64,000 bases of DNA from Camelus ferus (Eukaryota). A model generated the notes under the pieces. That model was given only the letters and a program-made list of their open reading frames with translations. It did not search any database and was not told the DNA's origin. A program made the translations under genes and the position numbers. Location: contig NC_045697.1 of the NCBI RefSeq assembly GCF_009834535.1, positions 81,036,001 to 81,100,000 of the forward strand, written 5' to 3'. Positions 1 through 13,635 of this stretch are shown here, piece by piece (the first letter of the stretch is position 1; the number at the start of each line of letters is the position of its first letter).

Positions 1-368
1 CTTCGCACTGCTGTTCCCTCTGCACGGAACGCCCCTCCTTCTGGTCTTCACATGGGTCCCCTTTCTTCTCACATAGGAATCTGTCCAAATGCCTTCAGCT
101 CAGAGGTCTTTCCTGATCACTCAGTCTAAACTAGTCTTCTCGGGTGGTTTATTATATAATCACTCTTTCTTAATTTCTTTATTAACACTTATCATTATCT
201 AAGATTGTCCAATTTATGTGTTTCTTTTTTCCTTGTTTATGGTTATTTCTCCCAGTGAGTAATGCAGCAAGAGCTTCCTGAAGAAGGGATCTTCTTCAGT
301 GCTGGGTCCTCAGTGAGCAGAGCAAGATCTGACACCTGGTACTTGCTAAATAAATATTGTTGAATAAG
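1..368 (+). mobile_element. L2 LINE 3' fragment (L2a/b-like)
   Basis: Begins 'gcactgctgttccctctgc..ggaacgccc' and ends 'cacctggtacttgctaaataaatattgttgaataa', matching the L2 3' terminus. Confidence 0.8.
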
Positions 369-2185
369 AGAAGGTTCAAGAGGGGATGTTTCTAACAAAA
401 TGTGAGAACAGCCAAGGACAATCCATGTATTCTCTCTGTTGGCAGCACTAAATCTTCAAGGTGGCCTCTCCTTAAATATAAGTAAACAATCCATCCCTTA
501 AAGTATAACATCCCTTCCAAGCTCTACCCCTGGTCAGCGAGGACTTGAATACCAAAAATATTGGGTTGCAAAGAATATGGAATATTCACACCTAAGTGTC
601 AAAGAAAAGTCTGTTAAATGCAGGACTTGCTTTCTCAGTTAATCTCCCTCAAGCTGCTGTGACAAGTTGGAAGATCTCCTAATTTTCTCCATTCATGAAT
701 TGTTGATAATAATCTCTGCCTTTTTGCAAGTGTCAGCTGCTCAAATAAAATATTTCCCACATCAAATGCTTTGCCAATATGTTATTGTCGTTACTAGTAC
801 ATGTGGCATTTGGATTATTTACAGAAGCAGGGATTGGTTTGGAAAAATCCGAATTCTCTCCTCATGATGATTGCCATGTATCTTTCATGCATGTATTCAT
901 TCCTTCAACAAATATGTACAGAATACCTAATATGTGCCAGGAAATATGCCTGAAAATAAGCTATGAGTTACTAAACATATACTATGCCCGCCCTTTTCTG
1001 AGTATCATACTAAAGCAAATTATCAGTATCACCAATGACCAACATACCAGAAATGTCAGAATTTGGACTAGACATGACATATGGCAGTCCTGTAGTATAA
1101 AATTTCTTTTCTTTTTCTTGGAAGGATTGAGTTGGTGATGTATATACATTTAAATATTCTGTCCTGGTGATATTCAATGTATTCTCCATAACATACAGAT
1201 TGTCTTTCAGTTGGGAAAGCTGCAAAAACACATCATCCAGGTCCTAGAAAGCAAATTGTAAATAGTGAGTGTTTAAAAGAAGATAGAAAGTGCTCAGTCA
1301 AAATAATTTTGATTATATTACATTATGTCCTAAAAAAAGAGATGCTACAAAAGCACATCTAGAGAAAATATGTAATACACAAAGGTGGCTTCCAATAGTA
1401 CATTACAAAAAAGTCTATATTTAAGATAGTTTATTATTTAAATTATTTTATTATCAATTTTTCCTTCTTGATCTCTTGAGGTTTAAAAGTCTGCCTATCA
1501 GGTAAACTGTACCTTACTTAATCTAAATGGAGAAGAGAGATCATTAGATTGGACTTTATTTGAAATAAAATTATACATGTGGCATGGAAGTTTACTCTTT
1601 GAAGGAATTCTACCATAAAACCCTATGAGGCAAATATTTCCATTATTATTTCTTATAGAAATAAATCCAGTGAAAGAGAAGTATATATTCAAATTATTTA
1701 AGACAACTAAACATGTAAAACTAATTGTCAAATTTCCATCTTGGGCTCATAATAATGTTCATAATGATATAAAAAGTTTCAACTGCAAACAGTCTTATAA
1801 TTCCCCACATCAGTGAGGCATCTCAGGGGTGAAAGAGGAAAACCTATGCTTATTTTCTAATGCAAACTGTAGAGAAAATATACATGAATATATATATATA
1901 TATATACATTCACTATAAAATAACTCATTTGGCAACACCTGTCAGCTGGGTCTATTAAGAACTTTGAAATGATAAACAGTGACTTCTCTATTAATATCTA
2001 CTTCAGTTATTTTGTGTTGCATCTAGAAACACACAATTTAAGCATTGAGATATTAAATGTGAAGAACACTTTACTAAAATTAGTTTCCTGGTTATGCTGA
2101 CAAATAGAACAAATAATTTTCTGACAGGAGCCAGAGATCCAGTGACTTAAATGCTGTACGGGTAATCTAATGATAAACAAACCTT

Positions 2186-2204
2186 TGGTGACATCTAGTG
2201 GTGA
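2186..2204 (-). promoter_or_regulatory. CTCF-like motif
   Basis: Minus strand reads TCACCACTAGATGTCACCA; the core CCACTAGATGTCA has one mismatch to CCASYAGRKGGCR. Confidence 0.55.
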
Positions 2205-3477
2205 AATATAGATTTATTTATTCACTTTCTTCTAACTTTTAAGATGCCACTACTGTATATAATCTTGAGTGATGCTAGGACAAATTGGAGGTTGGAACAG
2301 AATGGAGAAATTTAGCAAAATTCTTTCCTTCAATAAAAAACCTTAAAGCTTGTTAAGAACAAGGAGGAAGACATAAAAGAGAAGTAAATGTTAAAGATTT
2401 TTACATTTTATTGTGAGAAACTTACATAGTGAATAAAATTTAAAACAATTTGCTCCCCAGCTTATATTGTAAATATACTTTTTATGCAGTTATGTTTGCC
2501 TGGTGTAGCTCTTCTCTAGTTCTAAGTAGAAGTACCACACTACTTGCTCTGGTTGGTAATATTCCAGGAATGTGGATTAAGAATAAGAGAAAGTTGGAAA
2601 CTGTGTATATATTTCCTATTTTCCATTATTTGCCATTATTCATTATATTTTATTACCACTATATTTTTTAGGATGATAGAGTAAAGATGTCCTTATAATT
2701 GGTGGCAGCAAATTTTGTTGACCTAGTTTTCAATTATATGCTATTTGAGCAAAATAACTTGCCAAACAATTTGGCAAGTCTTTGATTTTCACTTGGCTGT
2801 AGGGCACAAAATGATCTATATTTTTAACAAATGAACCCCCCTTAGAGCTGGAGTCAGCATGTTTCAGTGGCAGAAATACAGTGCTAGAGACAGTCAAAGC
2901 CTGTATTCAGGTGTATATTTACTAACAGAAATCCCAGGAAATTAGTTAATATCTTTAAGTCCAACGTCATTTTTAGAATGAACATATTGGATTAGACAAA
3001 TTTCAAGCTTCCCCTAAATTCCGACCTTATTTTACTTTTATATGACTATCTATATGCTTTATTTATTCATTGGAACAAAATTCTACCAAAGAGTAGGGAA
3101 AAAAATTACAATTATTCTTCTAAAGGCTGTGTCTACATATTACAAGTGGAATTAGAATTTTGTTAATTACCCAGTTAATTTAATTGCTTTAAGCATTTAA
3201 ATCCAAACTCAATTTTTCAGAGCCTCATTTACCTACATTAATGTGTCTATGTTGATTAAATTAAACATTTAGTGTGCACTTTGCTGTGTTGATTTAGCCC
3301 TGTGAACTGACAGGGAAATAATGAGAGAGGATATAATAACGTAGACTACAGAGCTCCTCGGGGGAAATGCGTGTTTTCTTTCCGCTAGATATGCCCCACT
3401 GCCTTGATCACACTCTAAATGAACAAGGAAATATTTGAAATACGTAGTCAAAATTTTAGGGACAAGTATTGTTTTTA

Positions 3478-3600
3478 TCAATTCATTAAAAACCAGTTAC
3501 TGAGTACCTACTCCACGCCACAGGCATTGTGTCTGGGGAGACAGTGGAGAAGAGCGGAGCCAAGCCTTCGTGGAGCGGACAGCCAGTCTAGCTGGGAAAG
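3478..3600 (-). mobile_element. L2 3' fragment
   Basis: 'attcattaaaaaccagttactgagtacctactccacgccacaggcattgtgtctgggg' is the reverse complement of the L2 terminus. Confidence 0.6.
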
Positions 3601-4319
3601 TTGGCATCGACTGAATTAGAACTAAATGGAGCGTTGCGAGAGCCTGTGGCACTTTGTGATAACGAGACACAAATTTTGTCGGGAAACTTAGGATGCATAT
3701 TGAAAAGGTAAGTTTTATCCACTATTTCTGAGATGCCTCTAAAACAAAGATTTTCAATCTATTTTAGTCTGTCTTCTTTCAGGAACTAAAAGTGAAAGCT
3801 TTACTCAAATACAGAATTGAAAGACTGCAGGGTATGATCAGTTGCAGTGTGTGTCACAAGAAATGGCTTACTATTTAAAAAAAATAGAGCAAACCCCAAA
3901 TCACTCTGCAATCATGCTCTTCTCACTCATGTTTGCTGTGATGCTTTGGTGATTGGGAGAAAGTGTCTATAGCTGGTGCGTCAGGACTTTTACAGGCTTG
4001 TGAAGGGGGATAATTAATGGTGTCTGTCTGTCTTGAATATCAAGGTTGAAGAAACCAAAGCCCTTACTTTGCTTTGGAGTATCTTTTATGGTATTGAATT
4101 TTTCTCTGATTTGGTATCACACATGATCCTTAAGCTCTTTTGTTTTCCAGAAAAAGGGTCAATTTTTTTGTCCTCTTGCAAAAAATCTACAGATCTACTG
4201 GCATGTTTGGCTATAGGATTCAGATCCCACAACTCTAACTGAGGCCTACAGTGCACCCAGTGCTGCCAGAGTTATGTGATTCCCACAACATGATTTGATG
4301 TGTAATGAAATGGAAGCTG

Positions 4320-4997
4320 GTAAACATTAATTAGAAAAGACACCTGCACCCCGATGTTCGTTGCAACACTATTTACAATACCCAAGACATGGGAACAATC
4401 TAAATGTCTACTGATGGATGAATGAATGAATGGATAAAGATTATGTGGTGTATATATACAATGGAATATTATTCAGCCATAAAAAATGCAATTTTGACAT
4501 TTGCAACAATATGGATGAAACTTGAGGGCATTATGCTAAGTGATATAAGTCAGACTAAGACAAATATTGTATGTTCTCACTTGCACTACGTGGGATCTAA
4601 CAACAGCAGCAACAGTAAAACAAGCTCAGAGATACAGAGAACAGATTGGTGACTGGTGGTTGACAGAGGCAGAGGGTGTGGGCAAAATGGGTGAAGAAGA
4701 TTACAGAGTTCAAGTTATAAAATAAATATTCATGAAGATGTTTATGTACAGCTTGGCGACTATAGTTAATAATAATACTGTATGGCATATTTGAAAGTTG
4801 CTAAGAAAGTAAATCTTAAAAGTTCTCATCACAAGAAAAAAAATCTGTAACTGTGTGTGGTGATGAATGTTAACCAGACTTAACCTGGTGATCATTTTGC
4901 AGTATATACACATATTTAATCATTATGTTGTATACCTGAAACGAACACCATGTTAAATGTCCATTATACATTAAAAAAAAAAAGTGAAAGAAAAAAG
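4320..4997 (+). mobile_element. 5'-truncated L1 (ORF2 C-terminus, 3'UTR, poly(A)); L1MA-like
   Basis: ORF 4422-4652 (WIKIMWCIYTMEYYSAIK..FATIWMKLEGIMLSDISQ) is the typical L1 ORF2-end region; followed by L1 3'UTR and an A-rich tail. Confidence 0.93.
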
Positions 4998-7900
4998 GAA
5001 ATGGAATAGCAATTCAGTCCATCAATGGATAGGATTATTTGTTGGTTCTTGGTAGGCGTTGTCCGACTGCTTTCTAAAGAATACTTCAAGTTTACAGTAT
5101 CACTAGTGCCTGTTTTGCCCATCACTAACCTTGATAAATATTCGTTGATTGAATGGTTATAATGTTTAATATGAAGTCTGCTGATAAGCTCATTGGCACT
5201 CAGATCTGACCTCGAGTCTAGGTGTCTGTCTTTTACCCTTTGTCCCTTTGCTCACTTCCATGCAATTTTGTTCAGATGTCTCCTAAATACATTTAATCTC
5301 AGATGTATCGTGCAAGGAGTTCTGAAAACCCTGCTTCACTCTTTTAATGCAGCATTTTTTCCAAGAAAATCTCCATGCCTGCATGTTAGTGAGTCACTTA
5401 ACATTTGATCAATTAGCAACAAGACACTGACTCAGAAACAAAGAAAAAGTTTCAACAAAATGGCATGAGCAGATGACAAATCTGAGAAAGAACGCTTCCT
5501 TTTTTTTTTTTTTTTTTCCATTTAGCCCACTGACCCTTTTTTTCTGGACTGGAATAGGGATGCCTTCAAAGATGTTCTTATGCTGCTGCACGGAACTGTT
5601 CTGTGCTGTTTATGGTTGAAGACAAGCTCGCCATTCAGTGAGGCAACCCTGCCGCTGTCTTACACACAAAAGAACGATTCAAGGGTAACCTACTTGATAT
5701 CCTAGTATTATATCCTAAACATAAAATATTCGCAGTCCTAGTCTGAAGTACACATTTGAAATGTAAAGCAGGAAAGACATGTGAATATAGACTCAGTTAT
5801 TAACACTACTTGTATTATTAAACATAGTTTATTGGAAAACATTCCCAGGATATAAGTAGTGAGTTATTTGTTTGGGGAGGTAGGTAGAAATTCCTCCTCC
5901 TTACAAAACAATCTCGTTTGATTTCTTCATGTTCAGTAAATTCTAAGCACTGGGGAATACATTTTCCTTCCTATAACTCAATGTGGTTTGCATTAGTCCT
6001 TAATAAATATATTATGATATGCTCCATACCTCCAGTTTGCAGTTTGAGAAATCATTGTGTAGCTTCCTGCCAACCACCTCCAAAATGAACAAACAGGCTA
6101 TTGCACTCAAGGTGAGTAACTGTGTATCTTTTAAAATTGAATTATTAGCCTTTTAAAAAATTAATCATCCTCACTTGTGCACCAACCTCGACAGACTACT
6201 GACCTCCTCTAAGCGCTGTTGAAGGTTATTCAAAGTGGTGGTGATATTTTCAAGTCGTTTTTTCGAAGGCATTCGTTTTTGAACCAACAGGATTCTGTAG
6301 CTGCTAAAAAAGAGGCATCACAAAGGCAGTACATGAAGCAAAAACAATGAGATCATTAGTTGGATTGCAGGTAAAATTACTTGAAGCTGTTTGATTTTTC
6401 TGCATAGAGTATAATTTTTTTTCAGCAAGGTAAATCTAAGAAATTATCCACACTGAAGAATTCATTTGATTTTAAGTCATGTAAGTTCATATAGATATAT
6501 GAACTTGGGCCATACAAGTAATAGAGATACAGAGATATGAACTTACATGTCCCTTTAAAACAATTATCAACATAGTTGTACAAATATGTCAAAAATTTTC
6601 CATTGTAATCTCTTCTTGTTGTGGTTGATTATTGGAAACTTGCTGCAGGCAAATACTTGTTTCTTAGGTCATCAGACTATCATCACCAAGTAAATATGTA
6701 TCACTTGCTTATATGGTGATTGTATTTGTGATGTTAAAATAAGGCTATAAAGATATGTTATTCATCCTAAAGAGAACTCGTTATCATGGAATTTCCCCCC
6801 ATAATTTGGTATGGTTGGGCTGAGTGAATGTTTGGTTGAATTTCTAATATTACATAATCAGATGTGCTTTAATAATTAAAAAATATGAACGAGCCATTCG
6901 TGCTGGTGCACTGAACCACAGCCTGTGTGAAGGAATCTTTCTGAAATGCCACTGATGTCAGTGGAAATCAGAACCTTAGGCTTGTAGCTTTCATATCAGC
7001 AGAAAGCAGTGTGGGTGCTACCCAACAGGAATAAATTGACTCTTATTCACAACTCAGATAAATTTAATAGTTAAGACTAAGAGCTCATTGAAAAAAAATT
7101 TGAAAAGGGAGCCATGATGGACAGGATGCAGAAAACCAGATTAACAGCATTTTTTTCATTCATTTATTCAATGATTCAAGACATACTTATTGTATGCCTA
7201 CTGTGTGCCATGCACCGTGCGAGAGTATTTTCCTATTGTTTTGGGGAAAAAAATGTTATTAATGTTGGGGTACTTGAGACGAGAATCGATGAAAGGGGTT
7301 GGGTTGGTTTATTTTTTACATTTTTTTCTTTTTTTTTTTAAATTGAAGTGTGGTTAATTGAAGCAAAATTTTAATTGGCACATTTACCTACAGTATTGGG
7401 TCTCTCTGTATACCGATTTCAACTGAGCAAGATAGGGCGGGGCAAAGAAAATGCTAAGAGGAACAAAGTAGTTTCAGGTTGTATTCGAGATTTGCTGCTA
7501 CTTGAAGACCACTGAAAACTCTTTTGTCATTTGAGCCAGAGTGTCTCCTTTCCCCTGCCATAGACGATAAATAACCTATACTTATTTTATCTGCTCAACA
7601 TCCCAGAAAACGAGACATTTCTGGCTTATTATCTGCCCTGACATAGATTAGGCAGTGGAAAAATTCCTAGCCTAATCTGTGAGCTAATGAGAAAGGTGAA
7701 AATTGGAAGCGGTCATTCAGAATCTGATTAAATGTAAGAATGTATGTATTTATTTCGGGCAACTTAGTTACAAGTAATTCTGTTGGGGGAACCCAGCTTG
7801 GTGGACACATCCAGGACGGAGGGTAGATCAGGAGACAGATCATCCGTACGTGAATGTGGTAAGTAATCTGCTGAAACTCAGATACAGGTTCACACAGGAG

Positions 7901-9699
7901 CGATTTACTCTTCTCAGGATAGCCTACCAGTACCACTGGCAGATTCTCAGCGACTCTGCGATTGGGCCATACAAGTAATTGAGCCAAAATGATAAGGTCT
8001 GGTTAAATAGTGAACTGGGGGTGGGGAGGCTGGTTCTTTTATGACTGTAGATTTTTCATAGCTGTTTTGCTTTTGTCACTATTTTCCTACTTGGTATAAC
8101 TCTGAATGTGGCCCATTCTATTTTTTAAAAGGCAGCTCTTTATTTCACCCAAAATATGAACTTGTTAAGATTTCAATATATAAAGTGTGCTTTTTTTTTT
8201 TTTTTTTCGCTTGATACAAGGACGACTATCTCAGGCCAACATTCTGTAGGAAATGGAGGCTGCGTTTAGGCACTGCTGCTCCAGGACTAACCACTGTTGT
8301 CCTTTGTACCACTCTGTCATCAAGCATTTCCATGGCAATCTAAAACTGGCTTTCACTGATGGTTTTCTCAGTTTTTAAATTTGTGGAAAAGATTATTAAA
8401 GATTACACTGCACTGATCAACATCGACTGGTTAACCACGTATAAAGCTTTGCACCGTGGTGCTGCTAAGAGCACGAAAGTCAGCAGGGATGAGTTACTCA
8501 TGCGTCAGATAACGCCTTCAAGAGGAAGGAAATAGAGGTGGGTTCTGGTCACTCTCTCCCTGTTTTAACATACGCCATAAACATTTCACATCTCTAGATG
8601 AGTATTCCTCTGCTACAGACAATTGAATGATAAGCATTCTCCTGCATGAAAATGAATTCGCTTTATGACCAGGATCTAATAGTGGTCTTAATAGACACAA
8701 GCTCCAACTATCTATTTCCTGGCAGAAAAAAGAGCTACACATAAAATATTCTAAAATGAAAATAAACTTAGGTAAAACATTTGGCTTCTTTACAACTTCT
8801 TGCAAGTTAATATATAGAGGCTCCTCTTGTGCTCTGCATGGTTTATCGGGCATTTTTATACGGTTTAAGGGGCCGTGGGTCGAACCCTGTAAACATGTTC
8901 AGTCGTGCAGTATGGCTTGGAATTGTGAAGGCTTGCCTGCCCACTGGCTGCTGTATGCAACCACACCAGAATTGCTGTGTGATGACCATTTTAGTCTTAC
9001 CCAGGGGGATAACTTGGCTCACCTGGGAGCAGAGGTGATCAGGCCCTCTAGTCAGGTACAGTGCCCTTTTAAAATTTTACAAGAGGATGTCAGTCCGCTC
9101 CCAGCACACCTGTCTATGGAAGCAAACAGCTCTGCACTTAACTCCCACAGTGAAGCAACCGTACTCAGGGTCCTTTCCAGGAGTCTAATCTTGACCAGCC
9201 TTTCAATCACTTTCAAAAGCTTGGTTGAGATAAATGCAGTCATAAAGGACTGCATAAAGATGGTATTATCCATCCATTTATCTCCATATGTATTTTTCAA
9301 ACACATGTTTGGTAGCAGATGCTTTTATCAAATGGGATTTTATGTGCAGCCTGATACTTAAAATGGATTAAAAGAGGCACCTACCCTGATGGAGTCTTTT
9401 TTGGCTGAGATGGGACCCCTGAAGTCTTCCATGGAACACATAGCTCTGCAATGAACAATTTGAAAACCATTGCTCTAATCTGGGGTTGCAAGCCCAAAAG
9501 TCTTTAGAGGCTCACTCAGGTGAAGGTACATGAGTCTGTGTCTAAGGAACTTGGGAAGTAGTGAGGGATACATGTAAGAAACAAAGATCACATTTGAATG
9601 GGTGCCTTTGGGGAGGTATGTGTGTTCTTGTTATAGCAGGTGTGTGTGTGTGTGTACATTTTGGAGGATAACTGATAAAACTGTAATTCAGAAAAATTC

Positions 9700-9850
9700 T
9701 TTGATTTTTCTCAGGTATTGCTCCCACTTTTAAAATGGAAAAAGTATTACCTAAAAAACAAGTTTGTTGGATAATTAAATGAGATCATGCATATGAAATA
9801 CTTAATTAGAGTACCTGGCACAAAATGAGCACTCTGTAACTATTAAGTAG
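9700..9850 (+). mobile_element. MIR SINE 3' half
   Basis: 'taaaatggaaaaagtattacc..gataattaaatgagatcatgcatatgaaatactt..gtacctggcaca'. Confidence 0.7.
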
Positions 9851-11389
9851 TAATATATTTTATAACTAGAAGAATATATGCCAATGTAAGAGCTAATGAA
9901 AACCATCAATTATGTTTTGGGAATTGATAGCTTTATTTTTCACTTTATAACTCCATTTTTTATTTGCTGAGCTATTGTGAACTAAATTACATTCATCATT
10001 ACATTTCACCTCGAAGTACTTCCAATGTGCAGCTTTACAAAACTATGAGCGCACATACACCTAAAATAACATGACCGTGTCTGAAAATAAAAATTCCTTC
10101 ATACCATCCGATACTCAGTCCACTGTCAAATTTTGCCATTTGTCCGTGAAAGAGCTTTTATAGTTTGTTTGTCCAACAAATAATTTTAAATGGAAAAACA
10201 CTTACTTAGCGTTGCTCTCTATATAATCCATGCCTCACTTGACGATTTTAAGCAATTAATTTCATACAAGTTGGCTAGTGGAGCAGGACAAATATTAGGC
10301 AAACAAAGGGCAAGGAAAAGACCTGGCTCGAACAGTCTGCTAATCTGAGCCGACAGCCGGAGCGTGCTGCTCATGGCAATCGGAATCCAGTGTCACGGGA
10401 TCGGGAGTCATGCTTTTTGAATTCATTTCAGCAAGTAATATGACAATGAGCAATAACACAAACCTGAGAACTGACAATATGGAACAGAGAATTCACAGCT
10501 GTTTCCATAGAGAGTAACTGGTCTGACAAATTATGCATGTAATGGTGCCAGCTGGGTGAGTTTGCCTTTCATCTCCTGAAGTTCCAGTGTAGTGGACATA
10601 CCCAGTTTGTGAACGCATTCAAATAGCCGGGGACGTCCTATGAGGTGAAAAATAGAGGCGCCCAGAAAGCAAAGAAGTAATTTTTTTTAAAGTTACTTTC
10701 TAATATTTTCTATGTAATTGAGTGAATTATAATCAAACTGAAAGAACTCAGCACCAGGAAGGTACACTGATGCAAAGAAATGAAATTTTAGTGGAGTCAA
10801 CAGAGTTTAAAATGTAGATTTAGCAGAAAATGATATGGCAAAGGGTTATTTTTTGTTTTTCAAATATGAATGCTGGCTGCTTTGATTTTGAGCTGTTGAC
10901 ATATATTTCCACCACTTGTGCTTTTGTGCTTTTATGAGAGACTCACAGCAATCAGAGAAAAGATAAACAAGAATAAAACTGAACATTGTTTTTTAAATTT
11001 ACTTTAGCCTGAGGTTTCCCAGGCTAGCTGCCAGTGAATTCCCAGAGACTTCTGATCTTTGAAGATAAAGCTAAATTTTTTAGTCATCCCTTCTCGCTCC
11101 AAAGTCCCCCACCAAACACACACTCATACTCACATAGTCCTTGTATAATAATTTGTAGGAATAATTTGACAACTGCAGGAATCACTGGTATGATTTATGC
11201 TCTCACAGGAAGCAGTGGCTTTTTTATGAGTTTGGGGGGCTGGAATCAAGTCAGATATTTTAACCATTCCTTCTAAGTGTCCTTCCTTGTCTCCTCTGCT
11301 CCATGTTTTCTCATTCGAAACATTCTTTCTGAGTGATCACATTCGTTATGTTTCAAGTACGTTAGGTTTCCTTATTCAAAAATATAATT

Positions 11390-11690
11390 AATTCTAGGAA
11401 TAATGGAGCACCTATTGTGTGTCAGGTCCTTTCATTGGCACCAGGGAGCCAATAGGAAACAAGACAGACAAGCATGTCCATCCTCACGGAGCCGGCATTC
11501 TAGAGTGGGAGAGAGAAAGGAACCAAAGTAAACCAGTGAGACGTAGACTATACGATGGAGAAAAACAAACTCAAGAAGGAAGAAGGAGTGTTCTGGTTAG
11601 GTGGGAGTAGGGTGAGAAATCACAATTATAAGCAGGGTAGCTGGGGAAGGCTTTTATTAAGCCAGGTGCCTTGATGTGGGGCTCCATTTA
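11390..11690 (-). mobile_element. L2 fragment, probably resuming at ~12650-13000 after the L1
   Basis: 'aatggagcacctattgtgtgtcaggtcct..acaagacagacaagcatgtccatcctcacggagc..cattctag' is antisense L2. Confidence 0.75.
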
Positions 11691-11719
11691 CTAGAGGAAA
11701 GGGATGATTATATGTATAT

Positions 11720-12642
11720 TTTAAAGACTTTATTTTTTTAAGAGCAGAGCAGTTTTAGGTTTACAACAAGATTGAGAGACAAGCACAAAAATTTCCCATT
11801 GAACCCCCCCCCATTCCAACACATGTCGAGCCTCCCCCATCATTGGCATTCCTCAGCAGAACAGACTCTTTTATTTCTTGCAACAAGTATGACTCTACAT
11901 TGACACATCATTGTTGCCTAAAGTCCATAGTTAGTATTAGGGCTGAATTTTGTACATTGTATGGGTTTGGAAAAATATATAACAACATGTATCCACCACT
12001 GTAGCATCACATAGAGTAATTTCACTGCCCTAAAAATTCTCTGTGCTTCACCTATTCATCCCTCCCCATAACTCCTGGCAACCACTAATCTTTTTACTGA
12101 TTTTATAGTTTTACCTTTTCCAGAATGTCATATAGTTGAAATCATACTGTATGTTGCCTTTTCAGATTTCTTTCACTGGGTAATATGAACTTACAGTTCC
12201 TCTTTGTCTTTTCCTGGCTTGATAGTTCATTTCTTTTTAGCAGTGAATAATATTCCACCATCTGGATGTACTACAGTTTATTTATCCATTCATATACTAA
12301 AGGACATCTTGGGTGCTTCCAAGTTTTGGTAATTATGAATTAAGCTGCCATAAACATCCATGTGCAGATTTTTATATGGACATACATTTTCAACTCCTTT
12401 GGGTAAATGCCAAGGAGTGTAACTGCTGGATCATATGGTAAGAGTATGTTTAGTTTTATAAGAAACCACAAAACTGTCTTCCAAAGTAGCTCTACCATTT
12501 TGCATTCCCAGCAGCAATACATCAGAGTTTCTCCTGCTCTACATCCTTGCCAGTGTTTGGTGTTGTCTGTGTTCCAGATTTTGGCCATTCCAGTAAGTAT
12601 GTAGTGGTATCTCATTATTTTAACTTGCATTTCCTTGATGAC
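11720..12642 (-). mobile_element. Old L1 3' end (L1MC-like)
   Basis: ORF 12340-12630(-) (MRYHY..GMAKI..CCWECKMV..LWK..LPYDPAVTLLGIYPKELK) is the L1 ORF2 C-terminus; 3'UTR starts 'agactttattttttaagagcag..ttttaggtttaca'. Confidence 0.92.
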
Positions 12643-13059
12643 ATTGGGGGTGCAGTGTTATGCAGCATGTGCTGACTATGACACTTGGGAATAGTAGATG
12701 ACAGAAATGAGCAGAGCTAGTGGCAGAGTATTATGAAGATATGTAATTTAAAGCTTTTTTTTTTTTCTTTATACAGAAGAGGGAGGGAAAATGACTTGGA
12801 ACCCACCATGAGAAAAAAGGACCCCTACTTCACTTGTAGGTCCAGGGAGTATAAGGGCTGTAAGAGGGAAATCAAGCTCAATGTTAGACATTTCGAGGAA
12901 AGCAAGGTTCATAGAGGAGAACTGTGTTTTCATTAGGGCAAGAAAGTGAAAGAAAATTTAGAGAAGGAAAATTGAGGATATAGGGGAATTTACTAATGCA
13001 TGTCCACAGCATAATGGTAAGATTTCAGCTTTGATTTCTTTCTTATTTTTAAGTTTTCA

Positions 13060-13400
13060 TGTTCTACTGTCTAATGTGCATCTCAATATGATGAACACAG
13101 GCATCTCAAGCTCAGAATAGCCCAAACTGAACTCACTATTTTCCCTCTAAACCTGCTTCTCCTCCTATAACATCTTTCGTTCCTCCCAAGCTGGAGGCTG
13201 GAGACAGCCCTGCTTCCTCCCTCTCCCCTACCTCTCACATTCGATGGAGGCCCAGGTCCTGTCTGTTACACTCTCAGGGACCCAAATGGGTCCCCACAAC
13301 TGCTGACCTAGTACATGCCCTTTCATTACTCGGCATGAGATATTAAAAGAATTTTCAAAAATGCCTTTATATCTCTAGTCTCGCTTCCAATTAACCAGCT
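13060..13400 (+). mobile_element. L2 fragment
   Basis: 'aggcatctcaagctcagaatagcccaaactgaactcactattttccctctaaacctgcttctcctcc'. Confidence 0.7.
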
Positions 13401-13404
13401 TAGC

Positions 13405-13635
13405 TAATGAAAAGGATATGGATTCTTAAGTCAGATATTTCTCAGTTTGCATACTGCTTTGAGACTTACTGTTGGACAAGAGAAAAGATAATTAAAGCTT
13501 TCTGATTTTAAACTTTCCTCACTTGTCAAAATGGGACACAATAAAATTGCCTTCTTTATAAGGTTACTGCTAAAATTAAATGAAAGAACACCTACCTAAT
13601 TTATGGTGTTAAATGATGTCCAATTAATGTTAGTT
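13405..13635 (+). mobile_element. MIR SINE
   Basis: MIR core 'tttcctcacttgtcaaaatgggacacaata..aggttactgctaaaattaaatga'. Confidence 0.65.

Noticed and set aside
8756..9361. Longest ORF, 201 aa on the + strand
   Set aside because: No recognisable domain, non-coding-like composition and no supporting exon structure; an ORF of this length is plausible by chance in 64 kb over six frames
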